DNA of 64,000 nucleotides from an uncultured delta proteobacterium (GCA_963733195.1 CAVTCR010000062.1:128001-192000), one strand, 5' to 3'. Shown: positions 1 through 10,981, counted from the first letter of the stretch. Numbers and translations are program-made. Notes: generated by a model from the letters alone, not told the origin.

Positions 1-78
1 CACATGCTCGTAATTTATTACGCAGAATGAAGCGCTGGTTAGCTCGACAACGGCGAGCGCTACGAAGGAGAAACAATC

Positions 79-189
79 ATGGCAGACAAAGATCAGTTAA
101 GTGACAAGTTACGCGACAAGGAAAAAGCAGAAGAAGACCGATACTTCGCCGCTTGCCACCACTTCGTAGTGTTGCCAGGTTGTCGGTAG
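79..189 (+). pseudogene. Truncated N-terminus of a small protein resembling zf-TFIIB-domain/ATPase-inhibitor-like proteins
   Basis: AAGGAG RBS, then MADKDQLSDKLRDKEKAEEDRYFA followed by 12 unrelated codons and TAG. Below the ORF-track cutoff; family call is from recollection. Confidence 0.5.
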
Positions 190-202
190 GGAGGAGAGAC
201 AA

Positions 203-811
203 ATGATCAAACTCTACGATTTTCCCATGTCTCCTCGTGCCCGTAAGGCACGTATTGTGTTGGCAGAAAAAGGGCTCCAACACGAAAAAGTAACAGTGGA
301 CATCACCAAAGGCGAACAAAAGAAACCCGAATATCTTGCAATTAACCCCTACGGAAAGGTCCCAGCGCTACAAGATGACGGCAGCAATGTGTACGAGTCA
401 ACAATCATCATGGAGTACCTCAACGACAAGTACGCAAATCCATCGCTCCTTCCTGACGATCCAGGGCAACGTGCCCGCGCTCGAGTCCTGATGCATTATG
501 GTGATAATCCATACGATGGTGCGCTCGGTGCCATTGTCGGCCAGGTCTTTTTCAAGCCCAAAGGACAAGCCGATCAAGAAGTAATCGTCAAGGCAAAGCA
601 AGATCTGAACGCTTGCTTTGAGCGCTTGGAGCGAGAGCTGGGGAGTCAGGACTATCTGCTCGGTTCACAATTCACGCTGGCAGATATTTGTTTCGTTACC
701 TGGGCACCGCTCTTCGGACCACTACAAGTCGAGATTCCCGGTCATTGCTCGCGGGTACAAGCGTGGTTTAAACGCATGCAAGAGCGAGCAAGTGTGAAAA
801 CAGCAGGCTAG
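203..811 (+). CDS. Glutathione S-transferase family protein
   Basis: SPRARKARIVLAEKG, INPYGKVPAL, ESTIIMEYL and FTLADI motifs; GGAGG RBS. Confidence 0.95.
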   Translation: MIKLYDFPMSPRARKARIVLAEKGLQHEKVTVDITKGEQKKPEYLAINPYGKVPALQDDGSNVYESTIIMEYLNDKYANPSLLPDDPGQRARARVLMHYGDNPYDGALGAIVGQVFFKPKGQADQEVIVKAKQDLNACFERLERELGSQDYLLGSQFTLADICFVTWAPLFGPLQVEIPGHCSRVQAWFKRMQERASVKTAG

Positions 812-816
812 GCTCT

Positions 817-904
817 AGGAAATGGGAGTTGGGATTTGGTAAAAACGCTTCCCTCCCTACTCCTTACCAAGATCCTAACTCCCAAACCCTAAATCCCAAT
901 TTCT
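817..904. repeat. Inverted heptamer-repeat array
   Basis: Left arm taggaaa-tgggagt-tgggatt-tgg; right arm cctaact-cccaaac-cctaaat-cccaatt. Confidence 0.8.
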
Positions 905-1558
905 ATGTTTAGCGGCATTATCGAAACAACGGGCACGATCACGACGATCGAGCAAATGAACGAAGGTGCACGACTGTTTCTCACGAGCCAGCTTCCCCTC
1001 TCAGAAGTTAGTCTCGGCGAGAGTATTTGTGTGAATGGTACCTGTCTCACGGTTACGGTCATCGGGGACACCACACTTAGCTTTGATGTGTCGGCTGAGT
1101 CACTTCGACGGACGAACCTCGGCGATCTCAAATCTGGGGACCTGGTGAATCTCGAGCGATCACTACGTGTGAGTGATCGCCTCTCCGGGCACGTTGTGTC
1201 CGGCCACATCGATGGTGTGGGCTCGGTCAAAAGCATTCAGCCTGAAGGTGACTCGTTCCTGTACACCTTTACCGTTCCGCCTGAATTGGGCCGTTACCTC
1301 ATCGAGAAAGGTTCGGTTGCCATCGATGGTATCAGTCTTACCGTCTTTCATTGCCGACCGACGGAATTCACCTGCGCGATCATCCCCCACACCCACCACG
1401 TCACGACTCTGCATGCGAGAAAGCCCGGCGACAAGGTCAACATCGAAAACGACCTACAGGGGAAATACATCGAAAAGTTTATGCAGGAAGCGCTGGCCGG
1501 ACCGCTGCAAGCGTTGCGTGATGAAGTCGCTGAGTTGAGGAAGCAACTACAGAAGTAG
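905..1558 (+). CDS. ribE: Riboflavin synthase (alpha chain)
   Basis: MFSGII N-terminus, GESICVNGTCLTV, VNLER, GHVVSGHIDG, KGSVAIDGISLTV. Confidence 0.97.
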   Translation: MFSGIIETTGTITTIEQMNEGARLFLTSQLPLSEVSLGESICVNGTCLTVTVIGDTTLSFDVSAESLRRTNLGDLKSGDLVNLERSLRVSDRLSGHVVSGHIDGVGSVKSIQPEGDSFLYTFTVPPELGRYLIEKGSVAIDGISLTVFHCRPTEFTCAIIPHTHHVTTLHARKPGDKVNIENDLQGKYIEKFMQEALAGPLQALRDEVAELRKQLQK

Positions 1559-1563
1559 CTCTC

Positions 1564-1614
1564 GGAGGGTGGGCCTAGCCCGCTTATCTATCGGCGGCCA
1601 CAGGCCGCCCTACA
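1564..1614. repeat. GTAG-family REP doublet
   Basis: Reverse complement begins tgtagggcggcctgtggccgccga, identical to 9787-9810. Confidence 0.85.
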
Positions 1615-1624
1615 GACGAATAAT

Positions 1625-1692
1625 TCTTTCGCCTTTCTCCTTTTATCCCGTTTCTCCTTACCTGAGATCCCAACCCCTAGCCCCTTGCCCCG
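1625..1692. repeat. Degenerate 7/8-nt tandem repeats
   Basis: ttctcct-type units followed by aacccct-agcccct-tgcccc. Confidence 0.5.
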
Positions 1693-1744
1693 CTTCTCGG
1701 CTATGACAGAGAGCACAATTCACACATTGGTCGGAGGATTGTGT

Positions 1745-3928
1745 ATGTCTACCCCAAATGCCGCAATCATTATTCAACAGGCCCGCTCACAAAATCGTCT
1801 CCTTCTGACCGAAGTCGAAGCGAAAACACTATTGAGTGCAGCCAACATTTCCGTTGTGCAAACCCAGCTCGCTCGCACCAGAGAAGAAGCGATTGCCCAT
1901 GCGCAAAACCTGGGATTCCCGGTCGTCTTGAAGATCTGTTCGTCAGAAGTCGTCCATAAAAGCGACGTTGGCGGCGTGAAGCTCAATCTAATGACTCCTG
2001 ATGCAGTAGCTGGAGCGTTTGATGACATCATGCAGGCAGTCAAACGCTCACAACCAACCGCAGCGATCGACGGTGTATCAGTCCAACCAATGGCCAAGCC
2101 TGGATTAGAGGTCATTGTCGGGTTGACCACAGACCCACAATTCGGACCGGTGTGTATGTTCGGACTTGGCGGTATCTCAGTCGAAATTCTCAAAGATGTG
2201 GCATTTCGTCTTGCGCCGCTTCGTCAGCGCGATGCCCAGGCGATGATCCGAGAAATCAAAGGCTACTCTTTGCTCACCGGGTATCGGGGGCAACCACCGG
2301 TCGATCTCGATGCGCTAGAGCACTTGTTGTTACAGGTATCAGCTCTACTGGAGATTCATCCGGAGATTAAAGAACTCGACCTCAACCCAGTGTTTGCCTA
2401 TGCCAAGGGCTGCCTAGCGGTTGATGCCCGCATTGCACTGCATGGATCGCAACTACCCGCGACTCCTCGCCCACTCTCCTCCACGACACGGGCGGCATTG
2501 GATCGTGCGTTCAATCCGAAAGCCGTGGCCGTGATCGGCGATAAACGCGCAATGAATTATCTGTGGCTACGTGCCCAGAGCACCTTCCAGGGGAAGACCT
2601 ATTCTGTGCAAATCGACGAGCGAGAGCTTCCTGGCATCCAAGCGCTGGGGGTTCCCAATTATAAAAGTTTGGCTGAGATCCCTGAGCCCATTGATTACGT
2701 CATGACGGCAGTACCACGACAGATTGCACCACGGATCGTCGCCGACTGCGCTGCACAAAAAGTGGGAAGTGTCATGCTCTTCACCTCTGGCTTCTCCGAA
2801 GTTGGCGACGAGGATGGGAAAAAACTCGAACGTGCGATAGTTGACACTGCTCACTCAGCCGGAATGGCGCTGATTGGTCCGAACTGCATGGGGTTGTACC
2901 ATCCGCGTATCGGGCTGCGTAACTACACCGAACTGCCAGCCGGCGATGCGGGCACTGTCGGGTTTATCGGCCAGAGCGGCACTCATACAATCACGTTTAG
3001 TTTATCTGCTCCGAATCATGGCATAAAAATTAGCAAGGCAGTCAGCTTTGGCAATGCCGCGGTGCTGGATGCCAGTGATTATCTCGATTATCTGGCTAAT
3101 GATGCCGAAACCAAGATTATCGGCATGTATCTCGAAGGCGTGCGTGAAGGTCGCCGCTTTTTCTCGCTCCTCCGTGAGGTGACAGCGAAGAAGCCCGTCG
3201 TGGTCTGGAAAGGTGGCAGAAGCGAAGCAGGAAAGCGTGCGGTGTCTTCTCACACTGGGTCGTTAGCAATTCCCGCTGCGGTCTGGGATGCGATGGTACG
3301 ACAGGCTGGGGCCGTTTCGGCTGAGACGTTCGACGAAGCGCTCGACGCGATCAAACTACTCTCCTTTGCCAAGTCAACCACCGGAACCAGGGTCGGGCTG
3401 GTCGCCATGAGTGGTGGGCCGTCGGTCTCTATCACCGACGCCTTTGAATACGCTGGACTCATTGTCCCTGAGCTCAGTGACGCCTCGTACCAGGAACTTT
3501 CTTCGTTCTTTACCGTCATAGGTGGCAGCTTCCGTAACCCACTCGACTCTGGCTACACTATCGGAATGGGCCAAAGTGTCGATAATCTAGAACGGCTTTT
3601 TGCTATTCTTGATCGTGACCCGAATATTGATGTGATTGTCATGGATACTGGAGCAGGGTTAGTGGCTGGCCAGTGGCAGGCCCATCCGCAAACGTTGACG
3701 ACACTGTTAGAGACGTTGGAGCGTTTTGCGACACGCTCAGCCAAGCCGTTTTTTGTCGTCTTGCAGCCGTTCGCCCATGAAGCTGCACTGTTACACGTAC
3801 GAAACCAATTCCACGCGCGCAGCATCGCAACCTTTGCTACGCACCAGCGTGCAGCCCGCGCTTTACGTTTGGCTACAGATTATTGGCGGTTTCACAACAA
3901 TATCGACGGCAAGAATGTTGCAAACTGA
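1745..3928 (+). CDS. Acetate/acyl-CoA ligase (ADP-forming) family, ATP-grasp domain N-terminal
   Basis: GFPVVLKI, HKSDVGGV, DPQFGP, ELDLNP, then CoA-binding domain, GPNCMG and SHTGSLA phospho-His; GGAGG RBS before ATG 1745. Confidence 0.92.
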   Translation: MSTPNAAIIIQQARSQNRLLLTEVEAKTLLSAANISVVQTQLARTREEAIAHAQNLGFPVVLKICSSEVVHKSDVGGVKLNLMTPDAVAGAFDDIMQAVKRSQPTAAIDGVSVQPMAKPGLEVIVGLTTDPQFGPVCMFGLGGISVEILKDVAFRLAPLRQRDAQAMIREIKGYSLLTGYRGQPPVDLDALEHLLLQVSALLEIHPEIKELDLNPVFAYAKGCLAVDARIALHGSQLPATPRPLSSTTRAALDRAFNPKAVAVIGDKRAMNYLWLRAQSTFQGKTYSVQIDERELPGIQALGVPNYKSLAEIPEPIDYVMTAVPRQIAPRIVADCAAQKVGSVMLFTSGFSEVGDEDGKKLERAIVDTAHSAGMALIGPNCMGLYHPRIGLRNYTELPAGDAGTVGFIGQSGTHTITFSLSAPNHGIKISKAVSFGNAAVLDASDYLDYLANDAETKIIGMYLEGVREGRRFFSLLREVTAKKPVVVWKGGRSEAGKRAVSSHTGSLAIPAAVWDAMVRQAGAVSAETFDEALDAIKLLSFAKSTTGTRVGLVAMSGGPSVSITDAFEYAGLIVPELSDASYQELSSFFTVIGGSFRNPLDSGYTIGMGQSVDNLERLFAILDRDPNIDVIVMDTGAGLVAGQWQAHPQTLTTLLETLERFATRSAKPFFVVLQPFAHEAALLHVRNQFHARSIATFATHQRAARALRLATDYWRFHNNIDGKNVAN

Positions 3929-3989
3929 GAAACATGTCGATACAACTATAGAATAGGTGAGGGGAAATTTTGGATTGGAGGGTACAAGC

Positions 3990-4811
3990 ATGCGAGAACA
4001 CCCTATTTTTACACGACCTCTTGCCGGCTTGGCGATCGGAGCAGCCATTGCTGTCGGCGTAGCGTGGTTTGCCGGGGCTGTCTATCGAGAAGGGAACTTG
4101 TTCGCTCCTCTTATGACGCTCTTTATTGCCATGATCGCTCCATTTCTGCTGTACCAAGAACAACCTAAACGGCTGACCTACGCGCTACTCACTGCCGCAT
4201 TGCTCACAGTGCTCTCTCTTCTGACCATCATTATCGGCGGGCAACCGAGTGGACTCACCGTCTTCGGATTAGGCTTAACGGCGGTCGCAATTCTGATCGG
4301 CATTGATCTGGTTCTTCAAGACTTTGGCAGCCGACTTACCATCTCGCCATCTTTCTCATATAGTGCAGCAGCTATCTTCCTGCTCATTGCCGTGCCATTG
4401 AGCACCCACTTGGTAGTACGTGAACACCGCTTGGCAGTTGAGGAAGATGAAGCCTTGATTCGCACAGTTGCGCAGAACGTACACCCGCAAGGAAATGCGA
4501 TTGTTTTTGAGCAAATTAGTCCGATACAGAAGGAAAAACTCAAAAAGCTTGTCTCGGTCCGAACCAAAGGGAAAACCTATAACCTTGCCGATGCTGAGGT
4601 TGAGTCTGTCGTCGAAGAGCGGACGGTGCGGCGACAGAATCGTAAACAGAATCAACCTGCTGTTGTGAGCCGTGCCCAGGAAGAACGGATGCGCATGATT
4701 CTGAGCCTCCAAGGGACCCCCATACCTGGTGACATCACTCTCTTCTCTCGCCGCGGACCGATCACCACAAGTGAACAGGTCGTTGCACTAGAGAATAAGA
4801 ATCCAGGATAG
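3990..4811 (+). CDS. Hypothetical membrane protein (about 5 TM helices plus soluble C-terminal domain)
   Basis: Long ORF with GGAGG RBS and hydrophobic N-terminal half. Confidence 0.75.
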   Translation: MREHPIFTRPLAGLAIGAAIAVGVAWFAGAVYREGNLFAPLMTLFIAMIAPFLLYQEQPKRLTYALLTAALLTVLSLLTIIIGGQPSGLTVFGLGLTAVAILIGIDLVLQDFGSRLTISPSFSYSAAAIFLLIAVPLSTHLVVREHRLAVEEDEALIRTVAQNVHPQGNAIVFEQISPIQKEKLKKLVSVRTKGKTYNLADAEVESVVEERTVRRQNRKQNQPAVVSRAQEERMRMILSLQGTPIPGDITLFSRRGPITTSEQVVALENKNPG

Positions 4812-4986
4812 TGCGGTCTTCTCCGGTCTTGCCGCTCATCCGGGTTTTTCCACACCCGCTGATAGCGCTGACTCCGTCATTGACCTGCGCCAGGTGATAC
4901 GATAACCAAAGGAGCGCTCGACGAGTCAGCGCGGTTCACGTTTTCCAATTTTCGAATACGTCAGGTTGGTGACAAGGAGATAAACA

Positions 4987-5340
4987 ATGGCCTATACGAT
5001 CACGAGGCTATGCCGTGAATGCGTAGATACTGGATGTGTGGCAGTGTGCCCAGTCGATTGCATTTATGAGTATACCGGAAGCGACAAGACTACCTACCCC
5101 AATCAGCTCTATATCCATCCCGATGAATGTATTGATTGTGGCGCATGTGAACCAGAATGTCCGTACCAAGCCATCTTCGAAGAAGTGTCAGTCCCGAGCG
5201 TCTTTAACGATGACATTAAGTTGAACTACGCGGTGAAAGACAACGGGAGCGATTTCAAGGTCGCTCAACACAAGAAAATTCCTCACCCAACAGCAGATCA
5301 AGTCGCCGCCAACAAGCAGAAATGGGGTTGGGCCGGATAA
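4987..5340 (+). CDS. Dicluster (7Fe/8Fe-type) ferredoxin
   Basis: [17 protein letters not shown] and [12 protein letters not shown]; AAGGAG RBS. Confidence 0.95.
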   Translation: MAYTITRLCRECVDTGCVAVCPVDCIYEYTGSDKTTYPNQLYIHPDECIDCGACEPECPYQAIFEEVSVPSVFNDDIKLNYAVKDNGSDFKVAQHKKIPHPTADQVAANKQKWGWAG

Positions 5341-5410
5341 TTAGGCATTAGGAGTGGGGAGTTAGGATTTGGGCCTTTCCCCCAAATCCCAGATCCTAAT
5401 TCCTAACTCC
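5341..5410. repeat. Inverted heptamer-repeat hairpin between convergent genes
   Basis: ttaggca-ttaggag-tggggag-ttaggat-ttggg, short loop, cccaa-atcccag-atcctaa-ttcctaa-ctcc. Confidence 0.85.
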
Positions 5411-6014
5411 GCTTTTCTCGCCGCAGTTCTTCCTCGACCAATACAATCCGATCATTGCCAAAAAACATCGAACCGTTCACGAAAATCGTTGGGGTACCAT
5501 AGCCGCCGCGAGCCATGACTTCGTCGGTGTTGACGCGGATACGGTCTTTGTAACCCTGACGGTTGATCTTGTCGAAATACTCAGTCGCATCAAGTCCGAC
5601 CTCTTCCACAATGCCTCGTAAGATGTCATCTTTGCTAATATCTTTATCCTCTCCCCAATACGACTCAAACACGCGGTAGCTATAGCGGAGAAACTTCTCG
5701 GGATGATCGAGAGCAACCAATGCGCCTCGTAAGGCTTTGATCGAGTTGACCGGAAACACGGTCGGGGATTTGATCACCAATCCGTAGAATCGCGCCCAAT
5801 CCTGCAGATCCTTGGCCGCATACTTGGCTTTAGCCGGGACACCCTTCTCGCGGAATTCATACACTGAGGGATTGACAGTATTGAAGATTCCACCGACTAG
5901 GATCGGTCGCCATTCCAACGTTGCATTGTACTTCTGACAAACACCACTAATCTTGGTGAAGGCCAAATAGGTCCACGGGCTCGAATAATCGTAAAAGAAC
6001 TCAACTTTCGCCAT
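5403..6014 (-). CDS. 2-hydroxychromene-2-carboxylate isomerase / DsbA-GST kappa family
   Basis: FFYDYSSPWTYLA, WRPILVGGIF, GGYGTPT, FFGNDR. Confidence 0.92.
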   Translation of the reverse strand: MAKVEFFYDYSSPWTYLAFTKISGVCQKYNATLEWRPILVGGIFNTVNPSVYEFREKGVPAKAKYAAKDLQDWARFYGLVIKSPTVFPVNSIKALRGALVALDHPEKFLRYSYRVFESYWGEDKDISKDDILRGIVEEVGLDATEYFDKINRQGYKDRIRVNTDEVMARGGYGTPTIFVNGSMFFGNDRIVLVEEELRREKRS

Positions 6015-6778
6015 TAGCTCCTCCTTTTTTCTCGTGCAGAAAATCGACTAACATTTTGTTAAATTCTTGCGCATAGGCAAGATGGATATTGTGTTTGCCG
6101 TCGGGAAACATATGCAACCGCGAGTTGACAATCCCCTTCTTCAACACATCGGCGTGAAACGTAGGAACGAGCGGATCTTTCATTCCGTGCAAAAGAAAAG
6201 TCGGACAACGAATCAGGTGCAGACGAGTCTGACAGAGTTCCCCACCAGCGCGATAGAGCATTTGCATTGCGTCGCACCAGCGTGACCACAGGTCTTGCAG
6301 TTCCTCACCATAAATCGCAGCCATCGCATCAATCATCCGCTGTGACCAAGAAGAAAGCTGACGTGTCGCTTCATACGCTTCGATGTCCTCGCGAGCGAGG
6401 TAGGCGTTTCCACCCCACGGGATCCAGTTTTGTCACTTGCTGTGGCCGTTGCAGCGTCAATAACATCGCAATGATCGCTCCATCACTCCAACCACCCACG
6501 GCATAGGTTTGACAACCGATAGTCTCCATTAATGTTGCACAGTCTTGCGCATCTTGTTCGTAGAAATCGAGCGGGAATTGCCGCACCGGCGGACGGGATT
6601 TTCCATAACCACGTGCATCCGGCACGATCACCCGCAGTCCTTGCAGAGGAAGCTGTTCAAGCTGTGGAGCAAAATCACTTTCCCCAGTCCCCAGCGCACC
6701 AGGAATCAGCAACAGCGGTTGTCCCTGCCCTCGATCTTCGTAGTATAGATTGACTCCACGTATCTGCGCGTAGGGCAT
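6001..6778 (-). CDS. Alpha/beta hydrolase (valacyclovir hydrolase/BPHL-like), frameshifted
   Basis: PGALGT, DARGYGKS and GWSDGA nucleophile in 6371..6778; HGMKD and GKHNIH in 6001..6336. Confidence 0.88.
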
Positions 6779-6799
6779 GGCTCCTCCTTTTGCAACCGC

Positions 6800-8081
6800 T
6801 TATCCTCGCCTCTCTGCCGGTATTTTGAGCTTGAACACTCGTGCGGCATTGAGTCCGAGGACCTTGGCGCGGCTCTCTTCCGACAAGCAGCCCATTTGTC
6901 GTTCAATGCTTTCTGCCGAATGTGGCCAGCTTCCTTCATGATGCGGATAATCATTCGACCACATAAGGTTGTCCACGATCTTCAACTCCTCCGCACGTGG
7001 CAGGGTGACGTGATCTTCCATAAAGGCGGAAAAACAATTGCGGCGATAGTAGAAACCTGGCAACTCCGGCGTCACCGGGCGCACCCACATATGATGTGCT
7101 TGAAAGGAGTAATCCATCGCCTCGATCATCCACGGCACCCAGCCAATCCCGCCTTCAATCGATCCAGCCTTTAATGTGGGATGGCGTTCAAACACACCAG
7201 AGCTAATCAACTGCACCAATGGTTCCATCACCGTCGGCATGGAGTGACACACATAGTTAATCACTGCACCACCAAGGCCAGTGACTCCCCGTGGATCACG
7301 ACCAGTGGAGACATGAAACGTCATGGGGAGATCGACCTCTGTAATCAACGACCACAGCGGATCAAACACTTTGTCGTTGTACTGAAGTTCTCCAGGCTTG
7401 AGTGGCCCAAAGATGGGCTTGTTCGGTAACGTTAGCCCTTTGAACCCTTGCTCGGCTGCCCATTTTACTTCAGCCATCGCGCCTTCAATGTCACCAGGCG
7501 CGATCACAGCCATCGGGACAAAGCGGTCCCAATAGTCGGCAAAGTTTTCCCGTGCCCAACGATTCCACGCCCGGAACATGGCTTGTTGAAACATGGGATC
7601 AGGAGTGGTGAAACACAGCATCCCTTTATTAGGAAAAATAATCTCGGCATCCACTCCGTCAGCGTCAGCATCACGGGCACGCTGGGCAAGCTCGCCACCA
7701 GCCCGGTAGCGCAGGCGATCTTCTGCTTCCATACGACTGGTGTAGGGCTGAAAATAGTCAGGTTCTTCGTAGGTCTCTTTAGCAATAAGATGTTTCACTG
7801 CGTCGCGCCCAGGCTTCACTAACATCGGTTGAATGCCCTCGGTAATCATCCACTCAGCTCCATCTTCGTCCACTTTGACGCGCGGAATGCGATCAAGGTA
7901 TTGCTTCTCAATCCGCTTCGACAGGAAATCAAGCGGCTCAATGCCGTGGGTATCAACTGAAACCATATAGTATTTGCGTGGATCTCCAGGCCGCACGGTT
8001 CGCGCTCCATCCTTGGGGTCCCGGCGTCACTTGTCGCCAGGCGTTGTGGGGAGACTCGGTGGGTGATGAGGTTACTGCCAT
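6800..8081 (-). CDS. Amidohydrolase family 2 protein, frameshift near 8000
   Basis: SVDTH, DGVDAEIIFP, FHV, EGGIGW, WSNDYPHHEG; N-terminus MAVTSSPTES starts at 8081 behind AGGAGG in another frame. Confidence 0.9.
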
Positions 8082-8269
8082 ATCGTTCCTCCTAACGGGT
8101 TCGTATGTGAGTGCAATGCGCTCATTACTGAGCCCCTGCTCTCGTGTCCCAGGTTGTACCGCATTCTGTATGCGTATTCCAGGCTGATCACTCGGTCTCC
8201 AGTTCTTGCAGAACCGGATAATCTCTGCCACAACAAAGCAACAACACTCTCTTATACAAACGAGGCACT

Positions 8270-8870
8270 GTGAAAACGATTGGACTCACTGGTGGTATTG
8301 GTTCAGGGAAAAGTACGGTCTCGCAACTTCTAGGCGAACTCGGGGCGTTTGTCGTCGACGCCGACAAAGTTGGGCATGAAATTTATCTGCCCGGCAAAGA
8401 AGCATGGAAACAGGTCACCGCAGCATTTGGGCAAGACATTCTTGCGCCAGATCAGACCATAGACCGTAAGAAACTCGGAGCTATCGTTTTTGGTAGTGAC
8501 GACGCACGCAAAAGGTTGAACTCAATTGTTCATCCGCTCATGTTCACAGATATCGACCGTCGCATCAAAGAGAAACGCGCCGAAGGTTTCACGCAGCCGA
8601 TCGTTATCGAAGCGGCAATTTTAATCGAGGCCAATTGGCTCCCTTTGACTGATGAAGTGTGGCTGGTCGTAACCAATAAGGGCGCAGTCATTGACCGAGT
8701 TGCCGGCTCAACGTGGCATGTCAGCCAAAGATACCGAAGCGCGTATCGCCAGTCAGCTTTCTGATGCTGAGCGGCGTAAGTATGCTACACTCGTGATTGA
8801 GAATGACGGTTCTCTTGATGATCTGAAGCAAAAGGTCCAACAGGCATGGAGTCGAATATCCGCACAATGA
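8270..8870 (+). CDS. coaE: Dephospho-CoA kinase, frameshift near 8705
   Basis: IGLTGGIGSGKST, DADKVGH, IDRKKLG, IVHP; shifted frame gives ARIASQ...VIENDGS to TGA 8870. Confidence 0.93.
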
Positions 8871-9529
8871 ACCCACAACAGCTGAAAGGTATCATCTTCG
8901 ATGTCGACGGCACGATCGCCGATTCGGTTGGATTTTTCTACGAGATCGCTCTCGAAGTCCTGAGTATTGCTGGGGTTCCACCGGTCGAGAAAGAGCACGT
9001 CTACGCACTGATGCGAGTCGGGGACAACTCGCCGTTGGAGAAACTCTTCCCACCTGATTATCCTGATGCCGCCGGGACAATGAAACGGATTTTCGATGAC
9101 CGTATGGGCGAATGGATGCGTCGGTATCATGACGAAACCACCGCCATTCCTGGCAGTATCGAACTTCTCCATGACCTGCACGCGCGTGGACTCCAGCTTG
9201 GCATTGCCACTTCATCAGGTCGCGCCCTGCCCTTCCTTGATCGTTGGGGTGTCCGCCACTTGTTTAGTGGTATTGTGGGCCGCGAGGATGTTGAAATCCG
9301 CAAACCTCATCCCGAGCCAATCCACAAATGCCTCGGCCATTTAGGACTTGCCCCGCAGGAAACTGTCTACATCGGCGATTCGCCGATCGATATTCAAGCC
9401 GGGAAAGCGGCAGGGGTATACACGATAGGTGTGCTGACTGGCACGAGTCCACGGGATGTTTTACATCTTGAGAGTCCCGATCATATCCTCGATACGGTCG
9501 CAGGGCTTCATTCACTTCTTTCGGTGTAA
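8867..9529 (+). CDS. HAD-family hydrolase (phosphoglycolate phosphatase-like)
   Basis: FDVDGT, KPHPEP, YIGDSPIDIQAG; ATGA overlap with coaE stop. Confidence 0.92.
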   Translation: MNPQQLKGIIFDVDGTIADSVGFFYEIALEVLSIAGVPPVEKEHVYALMRVGDNSPLEKLFPPDYPDAAGTMKRIFDDRMGEWMRRYHDETTAIPGSIELLHDLHARGLQLGIATSSGRALPFLDRWGVRHLFSGIVGREDVEIRKPHPEPIHKCLGHLGLAPQETVYIGDSPIDIQAGKAAGVYTIGVLTGTSPRDVLHLESPDHILDTVAGLHSLLSV

Positions 9530-9786
9530 AATCGGGAACTTTCCTGACGCTCACTCGTTATTGGGAGGAGCGTCCCCGGTAGGTGTGCTGGGGGATAGGT
9601 GACAAGGCAGGAAAGGAATCGTTTTGTCTCAGCACACGAACAAAGGGGAACCAAGCCGGAACCTCGCTGAACGACCCCAGCTTTCAAGAAATGCGCCGCC
9701 TTACGGGCGAGGCACGCCAAACAGCACAGGAACTGCGGCAGCAGTATCGACGCGGTGGACGAGGCCAAGAACCAGAAGACAATTGA

Positions 9787-9839
9787 TGTAGGGCGGCCTG
9801 TGGCCGCCGACAGATTCGGCAGGCATAGCCTGCCCTACA
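9787..9839. repeat. GTAG-family REP doublet (REPIN-like)
   Basis: tgtagggcggcctgtggccgcc ... ggcaggcatagcctgccctaca. Confidence 0.85.
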
Positions 9840-9849
9840 ATTCAACTTC

Positions 9850-10981
9850 TTACCAAAGCTGCTGCGACGCGATCCGCGCTCCCTCAGCCATCGCCTTGAA
9901 CTTCTCCCACGTGATCTTGGGATCGACATCGGAAAGTCCAGCAAACGTCGCAAAGCCACAGTCCGTGCCAGCAATCACATTCTCACGCCCGACAACTTCA
10001 GCGAAGCGACAGATTCGTTCGGCAACCAGTTCGGGGTGCTCGATGTAGTTGGTGGTTGAGTCGAGCACACCAGGAATCAGGACTTTATTCGCTGGTAGTG
10101 TGAACTCACGAAAGACTTTCCACTCATGCGCATGCCGCGGATTGGCGGCCTCGAACGACAGCCCACTCGGACGCGCTTTCAGGACGATATCGATGATCTC
10201 GCGCAACGGCACATCACGATGATGAGGACCTTCATAATTACCCCAACAGAGATGTAACCGCATTCGCTCCGGAGGAATGTCGGAGAGCGCATGATTGAGC
10301 GCGTCGATATGCAACTCAGCCATCTTGCGAAACTCAGTTACAGCTCGCATCGGCAAACTGAATGTGACGCCCCATCGCGAGGTCAGGGCAATCCAATTGG
10401 AGAATAAACCCGGCTTGATGGATGGCGTCGTACTCTACCTTCATCGTATCGGCCAATGCAGCCAAATATGCTTCATGATTCGGGTAGTAGTCATTTTTGA
10501 GAAAGAGAGAGATCACGCCTGGTGAGGCAGCACTCACGAATGCCTCTTCTGGATTCACGCCCTGGAGCGCAGCCTTGAAGCACGCAAGCTCTTTTTGTAG
10601 CGTGTCTTTGTCTTTGTAGGCGACTGGCCCGGTGCACGCCGGGCGTTTCGCCGCTACACGCGAGGTTCGCCGAGCATACTCTGGAAATTCCAACATATCC
10701 GCCGCACGCAGCGGTCCTGCCTGACCATCAAACCCCGTCAGGCGATCTTTGACATACGTAGAGTAACCAATTTTCCCTGCCTCGCCATCATTGACGACAT
10801 CAACTCCACATTCGATCTGTTTCCGTACTACGTCACTTACGGCTTGCTGCACTCGCTTCTCAAATATGGCGTTGTCTTGCAACTCACCTTTGTCCTTGGC
10901 GTACAACATCGTCACCAGATCATCTGGTCGTGGCAAACTACCAGTGTGGGTTGTCAAAATGCGGTCCGTACTGCGCTTCAT
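9850..10981 (-). CDS. Cobalamin-independent methionine synthase II family protein, frameshift near 10345
   Basis: TTHTGSLPRP, VNDGE, LQLDCP, HLCWGN, GTDCGF zinc-ligand motifs. Confidence 0.92.

Noticed and set aside
812-904. FMN riboswitch upstream of ribE
   Set aside because: The spacer is only 93 nt, is filled by heptamer repeats and shows no RFN consensus.
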